From an uncultured archaeon (lineage in GTDB: Archaea > Asgardarchaeota > Thorarchaeia > Thorarchaeales > Thorarchaeaceae), in assembly GCA_964354495.1 (NCBI GenBank), contig CAYHAA010000001.1, positions 150,001-182,000 of the forward strand: a stretch of 32,000 nucleotides of DNA, written 5' to 3'. Positions within the stretch are counted from its first letter, which is position 1. Each line of letters begins with the position of its first letter. Shown here piece after piece: positions 1 through 6,322 of this stretch. The translations under genes were made by a program, and so were the position numbers. The notes beneath the pieces were generated by a model. That model was given only the letters and a program-made list of their open reading frames with translations, did no database searches and had not been told where the DNA came from.

Positions 1-2
1 GG

Positions 3-356
3 GATGTCAAATTAGCCAAGGATATCATCTTCGAGGCACTCGGGGGCGATGATTTCATCTCTGCAGAGATTGATCTTGTTCCGCATACTGAGATTGATAA
101 GGCGCTTGAGGCCTTCAAGAGCGATGAAGCCGTTTCCACCCGAGGCGAGTCGGAAACCCGTTTCGAGATTGATGAAGACTCTCTCAGGGAGCTTGAGTCG
201 ATTCTTGGTCCTCTGGATCTCACTGCGGGCGGAGTCAAGTCTGAAGGCACTAGCGATGATGGCGAGAAAAAGAAGGATTTGCCTATCGATGACGAAACGC
301 TCGACGAGCTAGATCGTCTGTTAGATTCTGTTGACTCAGGCGAAGATAAGAAATAG
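3..356 (+). CDS. 3' end of an acidic hypothetical protein (5'-truncated by the window edge)
   Basis: Frame 3 is open from base 3 to TAG at 354-356 (DVKLAKDIIFEALGGDDFISAEIDLV...LDELDRLLDSVDSGEDKK). D/E-rich with protein-like composition. Absent from the ORF track because it has no start codon. Confidence 0.8.
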   Translation, partial: DVKLAKDIIFEALGGDDFISAEIDLVPHTEIDKALEAFKSDEAVSTRGESETRFEIDEDSLRELESILGPLDLTAGGVKSEGTSDDGEKKKDLPIDDETLDELDRLLDSVDSGEDKK

Positions 357-421
357 CCATACCTGTTGTCTTGGCGATAGACTGATTTAGAGGTTTGAGC
401 TAGCCAATAGTGTGAGTTCTC

Positions 422-781
422 GTGAAGCTAGTGGAAGTTGAGCCTGGAAAGAACATCTCAAATCTAATCGTCAGAGTGATATCCGTAGCGCCGGCCAGAA
501 TGATTCAGACACGGGCAGGACGCAAGACGATGCTAAAGGAAGTCCTTGTGGCTGATGATTCTGGTTCTGCAATTCTCTCTCTGTGGGGCTTCAATGAAGG
601 CAATGACCTGTCTGCAGGATTGGTGATAAAGATCGAAGACGGTTGGGCAAAGGAGTGGCAGGGAAAAGTACAACTCTCATTGGGTCGCTCAGGAAAGTAC
701 GAACAGCTCGAAGATGATGGCTCAATTCCATCTATTGCTGAGTTGGGTGCTTCAAAGGAGTCTACCATATCGGGAGAGTAG
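422..781 (+). CDS. Single OB-fold single-stranded DNA-binding protein (crenarchaeal SSB/RPA-like)
   Basis: OB-fold pattern VRVISV...EVLVADDSGSAILSLWG...IKIEDGWAKEWQGKVQLSLGRSG. GTG start. Confidence 0.85.
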   Translation: MKLVEVEPGKNISNLIVRVISVAPARMIQTRAGRKTMLKEVLVADDSGSAILSLWGFNEGNDLSAGLVIKIEDGWAKEWQGKVQLSLGRSGKYEQLEDDGSIPSIAELGASKESTISGE

Positions 782-813
782 AGCATCGCAGGAATCCACG
801 GAGCCGTGCTGGT

Positions 814-1314
814 ATGGTTTTGGCATATCTTTCTGCGCCGATCATTCATGACACCTTGCGCAAGGATGATTTCTGTTCCACTGTGATAGGAACAATGGAG
901 GATAATGGTGTCACAGTCTTCGCACCACAACTCTTGGCAGCACGTGAACCTAATCTTATCTACAGACGCGATGTTGAGCATGTCAGAATGTGTGATTTGC
1001 TTATCGCTGAGGTTTCAAGTCCATCGCTTGGAGTTGGGATGGAGATTATGCTGGCCATCGAACTGATGAAACCTGTGCTAATGTTTCTCCAATCCAATTC
1101 TGAACGAGTGTCCAAGATGGTGCTAGGGGCTGAGGGAAAAGTGCTTTTCAGATATGAGTCCTTGAAAGAGGTAGATCAGGTTCTTCGCTCCTTTGATGCT
1201 GAGAACTTGATAGTCCAGAAGTGTACGGCCTGTGATAGCCAAGTGGCAGAAGTCCTAGAGGACAAGACTCGTTGCATTGCATGTGGCCATACGGGCCGTA
1301 ATCCTGTGGTGTAG
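814..1314 (+). CDS. Nucleoside 2-deoxyribosyltransferase / DNPH1(Rcl)-like N-glycosidase with C-terminal Zn ribbon
   Basis: Family pattern YLSAP...RDVEHVRMCDLLIAEVSSPSLGVGMEI. C-terminal CTAC-x12-CIAC. Confidence 0.8.
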   Translation: MVLAYLSAPIIHDTLRKDDFCSTVIGTMEDNGVTVFAPQLLAAREPNLIYRRDVEHVRMCDLLIAEVSSPSLGVGMEIMLAIELMKPVLMFLQSNSERVSKMVLGAEGKVLFRYESLKEVDQVLRSFDAENLIVQKCTACDSQVAEVLEDKTRCIACGHTGRNPVV

Positions 1315-1318
1315 GGCA

Positions 1319-2296
1319 ATGCCAACATCGAACATCGATGAATCGATAAGTGGAGCCAGAGTGGTGCTGCTGTTGATACTCTCCGTTTCGATGGTATCGA
1401 GCGCCAGTATCTTGATTACGGTGAGCACATCTCCTTCCCTCGTGAAGGTGTTTTGGAGAACACTATATGGATCTCTCTTTATGGCTGCTATCGGAGTTGT
1501 CAGAGGCGACCTCGTTGCGCTGAAAGGACCACAAACACGTGGAACTTGTCCGTGGCTTGTTGGAATCGGTGTCATTCTCTCCCTACATTTCTCGACTTGG
1601 TTTCAATCGCTCGAGATGACATCTATTTCTGCAAGTGTAGTTCTTGTGGATTCATCTCCAATCTTCGTTGCCATTCTCTCTACGCTCTTCCTAGGTGAAT
1701 CTCTGCGGAGACGTTCATGGATTGGCATTCTAGTAGCCGTTACTGGAGCCATCTTCTTGGCATGGGTCGACTACGATGGTCTAGATTTGGGCGCATTGAC
1801 CGGCGACCTTCTGGCACTTGCTGGTGCCGTATTCCTTGCAATCTACTTCATAGGCGGAAGAAGATACGCCCGAGGAGTGCCAATTACCGTCTACACTTCC
1901 ATTGTCTATCTTGCTGCGGCAATCACGACTCTGGGTCTGTGCATTCTAAGTGGATACAACGTATTAGTTTTCGAGCCATCTGAGGTCCTTATATTCATAG
2001 CACTGGCTATTTTCCCAACCGTGCTCGGACACTCAGTCAACAACTACCTACTCACAAAAGTACCTGCATACGTGGTATCATCTGCTGTTCTTGGTGAGCC
2101 AGTAGGAGCTACCATCTTGGCTGTGGTTTTTCTCAATCGTATTCCCTCGCCTGCAGTACTCATCGGCTTCACCATCATTCTGTTGGGAGTTGCCGCTGTG
2201 CTCACTGACATTGCATCTAGTGATCGCTCTCAGAGCCTATCCCTTGATGACACCGATAGGTCGCAATCTGACTGCCTTGGTTGCGATTCCGATTGA
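1319..2296 (+). CDS. EamA/DMT family transporter
   Basis: About 10 hydrophobic helices in two EamA repeats (SISASVVLVDSSPIFVAILSTLFLGE; LGEPVGATILAVVFL). Start moved to ATG 1319, just after the upstream stop. Confidence 0.9.
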   Translation: MPTSNIDESISGARVVLLLILSVSMVSSASILITVSTSPSLVKVFWRTLYGSLFMAAIGVVRGDLVALKGPQTRGTCPWLVGIGVILSLHFSTWFQSLEMTSISASVVLVDSSPIFVAILSTLFLGESLRRRSWIGILVAVTGAIFLAWVDYDGLDLGALTGDLLALAGAVFLAIYFIGGRRYARGVPITVYTSIVYLAAAITTLGLCILSGYNVLVFEPSEVLIFIALAIFPTVLGHSVNNYLLTKVPAYVVSSAVLGEPVGATILAVVFLNRIPSPAVLIGFTIILLGVAAVLTDIASSDRSQSLSLDDTDRSQSDCLGCDSD

Positions 2297-3682
2297 ATCA
2301 GAAACTCTGACGACCTCGTCAACATCCTTGTATGCTCCAGGAGCTTCTTCGGCTATTACCACACCCTGAGTGGCTTTGACAATGATGCCCTCCCCAGCAA
2401 GTTGCTCTTGTATCTCTCTTCCCTGATATCTGCTCTTCGCCTGTGTACGACTGAGAAAACGTCCTGCTCCATGTGCTGTGGAACCGAATGACAGTTTCAT
2501 ACTGCGTTCATTTCCTATCAGAATGTACGATGCAGTCCCCATGGTTCCGGGAATGATCACAGGCTGCCCAATGCTGCGGTATTTTGAAGGCACATCCGGG
2601 TGTCCTGGTGGGAACGCTCTCGTGGCGCCCTTTCTATGGACAACAACCTTGGTCCTCTTTCCTTCAATATCATGTTCCTCAACCTTGCCCATATTGTGCG
2701 CGACATCATAAATCAGTTTCATGTCCATCTCCTCAGGGGATTGACCCATGACCTTTGAGAATGCCTCTCGTGTCCAGTGCATCATGGCTTGTCTATTGGC
2801 AAAAGCATAGTTGGCTGCAGCACTCATCGCTCCCAGGTATGCTTGACCCTCTGGCGACGTCGTTGGAGCACAACATAGTTCTCTGTCAGGTACTTCAATC
2901 TTGTACTTTCGCATAGCCTGAGTCATTGTCCGGATGAACTCTGAACAGACTTGGTGTCCGAGTCCACGAGAGCCACTGTGAATCATGATCATCACCTGTC
3001 CCTTTCTCGTGATTCCCATCATCTTAGCAGCCCGCTCATCATATATGTCATCGACGAGTTGAATCTCGAGGAAGTGATTTCCGGATCCTAATGTTCCACT
3101 CTGCTTGAGCCCTCTGTCTTTGGCAGATCCTGGCACATCTGCGGGATTTGCGATGTCCAGCCTGCCATTGGCCTCCTGATTCTCAAGATCATCTTCCCAG
3201 CCATATCCTTCCTCGACTGCCCACCTTGAGCCACCCTCAAGAACCTCATCAACGCCCCTGTGCGATTGTAGATTGATTTTGCCCTGCTTCCCAACACCGG
3301 TTGGCACATCGGCAAATAGCTGGTCAATTAACTGTCTGATCTTAGGCCTGACATCCTTCTCGTCAAGATTGGTCCTAAGCACTCTGACACCGCAGTTGAT
3401 ATCGTATCCCACTCCACCTGGAGATATGACGCCGCTCTCATAGTCAGTGGCTGCCACGCCGCCAATGGGAAATCCATACCCTTGGTGGCCATCAGGAAGA
3501 ACTATGCTATAGGTGTAGATACCTGGGATACATGCTGCATTGATCGCCTGTTTGAATGTAGCATCTTGTTTCATCTTTTTGACCAGATCATCTGACGCAT
3601 AAATCCTGACAGGAACTCTCATGCATGGTTGAGTACCTTTCTGGATTTCGAATACATTCTCGGAAACCTTCTTGATGTCCAT
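2237..3682 (-). CDS. rtcB: RtcB 3'-phosphate/2',3'-cyclic phosphate RNA ligase (tRNA-splicing ligase)
   Basis: Motifs PDGHQGYGFPIGG, GYDINCGVR, GTLGSGNHFLE, HSGSRGLGH, DVAHN, HRKGATRAF, STAHGAGR, EEAPGAYKD. Confidence 0.98.
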   Translation of the reverse strand: MDIKKVSENVFEIQKGTQPCMRVPVRIYASDDLVKKMKQDATFKQAINAACIPGIYTYSIVLPDGHQGYGFPIGGVAATDYESGVISPGGVGYDINCGVRVLRTNLDEKDVRPKIRQLIDQLFADVPTGVGKQGKINLQSHRGVDEVLEGGSRWAVEEGYGWEDDLENQEANGRLDIANPADVPGSAKDRGLKQSGTLGSGNHFLEIQLVDDIYDERAAKMMGITRKGQVMIMIHSGSRGLGHQVCSEFIRTMTQAMRKYKIEVPDRELCCAPTTSPEGQAYLGAMSAAANYAFANRQAMMHWTREAFSKVMGQSPEEMDMKLIYDVAHNMGKVEEHDIEGKRTKVVVHRKGATRAFPPGHPDVPSKYRSIGQPVIIPGTMGTASYILIGNERSMKLSFGSTAHGAGRFLSRTQAKSRYQGREIQEQLAGEGIIVKATQGVVIAEEAPGAYKDVDEVVRVSDSIGIATKAVRLRPIGVIKG

Positions 3683-3726
3683 CTAATCCACTCTCAATGT
3701 CTGATTGCCAACTTCCTCGTTAGACT

Positions 3727-3737
3727 CGCTATAAGCG
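3727..3737. promoter_or_regulatory. Candidate bidirectional TATA element between rtcB and the + strand RNA
   Basis: Near-palindrome CGCT-ATA-AGCG reads TATAAG on + and CTTATAG on -. It lies about 30 nt upstream of the proposed RNA 5' end and about 45 nt upstream of the rtcB ATG. Confidence 0.45.
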
Positions 3738-3765
3738 TTGCGAAGTGAGCTAACCTTCAGGCCTG

Positions 3766-4144
3766 GGATGCGCAAGGAGACAGTAGTATTTGTGTTTCCG
3801 CAGTTACAGGCGAACGTAAGGAGGATGTTCTCATGGGGCTGCTTCAGGCTGCTGCAATGCTCTCACATGCAAACACATGTACGGGTGAGATAGGGGATGA
3901 TGTTGCGGCTCATTCTGTCAATGAACGGACTGAAATCGTTGAATGTTGATGTCTTCACATCGGTATGTGATGGCTCAGTTCAGAGAAGAATCGTTGCATG
4001 CAATTCAGACGATTACTGCATTCAATAGGGGTGGCAGAGATTTGCTACCACAGCAACCTATGGCCCGTTGTGATGAATTTCGCTAGAACCTGGGTTTGGC
4101 GCTTGAGAATTGCTGCTGCAGGCAGCAGCCTCTCTCCTGCATCT
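3766..4144 (+). ncRNA. Divergent RNase P RNA-like structured RNA (~380 nt)
   Basis: Hand fold. P1: GGAUGC 3766-71/GCAUCU 4139-44, AGGAGA 3775-80/UCUCCU 4133-38, CAGUAGUA 3781-88/UGCUGCUG 4111-18. P2: GGCGAA 3809-14/UUCGCU 4079-84. P3 hairpin 3815-3835. P4: GC-U(bulge 3843)-UCAGG 3841-48/CCUGGGU 4089-95. P5: CUG 3849-51/CAG 4051-53 followed by CAA. CR-IV-like GAUGAAU 4072-78, CR-V-like AGAAC 4085-89. G-U wobbles favour the + strand. No convincing uninterrupted ORF in any frame. Confidence 0.62.
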
Positions 4145-4307
4145 AATCAAGCAGGTGATTCAATTTATCAAAGAGCTTGTCTATGCCTTTAATGGACTCC
4201 AAATCAAGCTCCGGGTCAATGAACTTGCGAAGCTCGATCTTCTCATCCTTTTCCAAATCATGAAAGAGCCAGAACTCTTCGCTTACGTTGGTCTTTGATT
4301 CTGCCAT
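4143..4307 (-). CDS. Small acidic hypothetical protein (54 aa)
   Basis: MAESKTNVSEEFWLFHDLEKDEKIELRKFIDPELDLESIKGIDKLFDKLNHLLD*. Below the ORF-track cutoff. Amphipathic composition, AT-rich upstream region, and stop abutting the 3' end of the + strand RNA. Confidence 0.6.
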   Translation of the reverse strand: MAESKTNVSEEFWLFHDLEKDEKIELRKFIDPELDLESIKGIDKLFDKLNHLLD

Positions 4308-4494
4308 GATTGAGTTCACTTCTATTATTATTCTACCCGATACTTCGTGTTTTGTCGATATATGCTCTTGGGTAGCGGACTGACCATCTTGTTTCTGGAG
4401 CTATACAATTCGTGCTTAATAACGGCAAACCATTTAACGACCATAAGATTACTGGGAGCACAGCCATTCAGAAATATGATGTGGGTGTTGAGGA

Positions 4495-5196
4495 ATGAAG
4501 ATTGTCGTGACTGGGCCATATGAAGCCGGCAAAAGCCAAATGATTTACCACATTACCAATGGACAATGCATCAATATCGAACGCAGAGGTACAACTATTG
4601 CGATGGATCATGGTCTAGCCAATGTGGATGGCATGAGTGTCTTCATGTTCGGAACACCGGGCCTTCTACGATTTCGAACTATGCGAAAGATACTGAGTTC
4701 GGGAGCAGACGGCATCATTTTTGTCGTTGATTCAGTAGACCCGGACTCTGATGCCAGAGCAAAGCTCTTCTTTCGAGAGATAGCATTCTTCCTTCCTGGA
4801 GTGCCCTGTGTTGTAGCTGCAAACAAGCAGGACTTGCAGGGAGCTCGACCAATCGACTCGCTCAGAATGAACTTGCGCTTCTTGGCTGGTCTTCCTGTTT
4901 TTCCAGTGTCTGCAAAGACTGGGGAGAATGTGGATAGCATGCTTCGAACCTTACTCTATCTTGTCATGATGCAATGGAGCACTGTCTTCGCGAAATTCGC
5001 CAAGTACAGTGGGGCAAAAGATGGCCTCAGGAAATTGATGAAGGACCTCAATCTCGAACGCGACCAGGCCGTTGGCTATCTCAGACGTTTTGAGCTGAGA
5101 AAACTCCTTGAGGTACAAGTGGGTGATGAACAATTCAAGGTCAAGGATGCTGTACGTCACCTTTTGGAGAAACCTGTCAGCATCATGCAGCGATAA
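4495..5196 (+). CDS. Small GTPase (COG2229/CvnD/MglA-related) with ~70 aa C-terminal wHTH-like extension
   Basis: G1 GPYEAGKS, switch I TTIAMDHG, G3 FGTPGL, G4 NKQD, G5 SAK. Tail LRKLMKDLNLERDQAVGYLRRFELRKLLEV has an HTH-like pattern. Confidence 0.88.
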   Translation: MKIVVTGPYEAGKSQMIYHITNGQCINIERRGTTIAMDHGLANVDGMSVFMFGTPGLLRFRTMRKILSSGADGIIFVVDSVDPDSDARAKLFFREIAFFLPGVPCVVAANKQDLQGARPIDSLRMNLRFLAGLPVFPVSAKTGENVDSMLRTLLYLVMMQWSTVFAKFAKYSGAKDGLRKLMKDLNLERDQAVGYLRRFELRKLLEVQVGDEQFKVKDAVRHLLEKPVSIMQR

Positions 5197-5324
5197 AGGC
5201 GCCGTCCGTTATGGAAAATATCGCCTCTCCGTCGGCCATCAATTGAGATATAGGGCAGATGTTTCATTAGAAAGAATCAAAAGCGATATAGACCGCAACC
5301 ACTCATATTCACTAGGTGCGCCTT

Positions 5325-6203
5325 ATGACAGAAGACCCCGATGTTGCTTTGGAAGACATGGATCCTGCTGAGCTCTTGGAGCAGGCAGCAGCCGCCCTCG
5401 AATCCGGACAGAAGGATGAGGCAGCTAAGATGTTCAATGCAGCAGGCAATATCTACATGTCTGTTGAGGAGTTCGAGGAGGCCCACAAGTGTTTTGAGGA
5501 ATCCCTGCGTATCTACAAGGAATTGAAGGATCAAAACGGTAGCTGTGATACTATCTACAACCTCGGCGTGGCAAGTATTAATCTGGAGCGTTGGGATGAA
5601 GCACTCTTGTCGTTGGAAACCGCCATGAAACTCTTTGAGAAGGCTTCTAACAAGAATGGCGTTGCAGATGCAATCTATGGTCTTGGCTTGGCAAATCTTG
5701 GGCATGGCAACTTCGATGAAGCAATGGAGTACTTCAAGAAGGCACAGAAGGCCTACAAGGCCCTTGAGAATGACCAAGGGATGGCAAGTGTTGTCATGGA
5801 CATGGGTGCTGCATACGCTGACAAAGAGGACTGGACGAACGCTCAGGCTACAATCAAGAAGGCTCTGAAACTCTATGAAGATATGGGGGACAAGGAAGGC
5901 ATTGCAGATGCGCTCTCGTTCCTTGGCGACATCTCCGAAACGGGTGGCGATGAGAAGAGGGCTGCCGAGCTATTCGTAGATGCTGCAAAGAACTACTCTG
6001 AAGCAGAGATCTATGGTATTGCCAGAGAGGTACTTGATAGAGCAGAACAGAAGATGTGGGACATCCCAAAGGCGACGCGTCGAAGACTTAGACGCATGAT
6101 TGACGATCTGCGCGATGCCTTGCCCGAGGAAGAAGAGATCCTAGATGATGATGATACAGCTGGGGACTTCGATCCAGATCTGCTTGGCATCGAGGATGAT
6201 TAG
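5325..6203 (+). CDS. Tetratricopeptide-repeat protein with acidic tail
   Basis: About 40-aa helical repeats (TIYNLGVASINLERWDEAL; AIYGLGLANLGHGNFDEAM; VVMDMGAAYADKEDWTNAQ; ALSFLGDISETGGDEKRAA). AGGTG precedes ATG 5325. Confidence 0.9.
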   Translation: MTEDPDVALEDMDPAELLEQAAAALESGQKDEAAKMFNAAGNIYMSVEEFEEAHKCFEESLRIYKELKDQNGSCDTIYNLGVASINLERWDEALLSLETAMKLFEKASNKNGVADAIYGLGLANLGHGNFDEAMEYFKKAQKAYKALENDQGMASVVMDMGAAYADKEDWTNAQATIKKALKLYEDMGDKEGIADALSFLGDISETGGDEKRAAELFVDAAKNYSEAEIYGIAREVLDRAEQKMWDIPKATRRRLRRMIDDLRDALPEEEEILDDDDTAGDFDPDLLGIEDD

Positions 6204-6322
6204 TGACTGCGCGGAGCAATATTCTCTGAATTGTCTGGTTTCTCAACGGGAAAACTCTATTTGCATAGTTTCTCTCATTCGTGTATCTTCCTATGGAGTA
6301 GACACTATTGACACACTTGCGA

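Noticed and set aside
49-312. Track ORF of 87 aa (+)
   Set aside because: Out-of-frame shadow of the acidic frame-3 ORF (3-356).
2218-2275. DRSQS occurs twice in the EamA tail
   Set aside because: The nucleotide sequences differ and the second copy is dictated by the rtcB antisense strand; coincidence.
3683-3958. Minus-strand frame in phase with rtcB reading ...RTCVCM-TGA-EHC...FACNCG..., a UxxC selenoprotein look-alike ending in TAG directly before the rtcB ATG
   Set aside because: It would run through the rtcB promoter, has no room for a 3' SECIS, and is better explained as the antisense of the structured + strand RNA.
3978-3992. GTTCAGAGA resembles the group I intron R element
   Set aside because: No GACUA/UAGUC P7 pairing, no S element and no interrupted host gene.
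3817-4086. Plus-strand Cys-rich frame with five in-frame TGA codons
   Set aside because: No plausible start or recognisable protein; by-product of the RNA sequence.
3998-4298. Track ORFs 3998-4192 and 4110-4298 (+)
   Set aside because: Shadow frames over the RNA and antisense to the better 54-aa minus-strand ORF.
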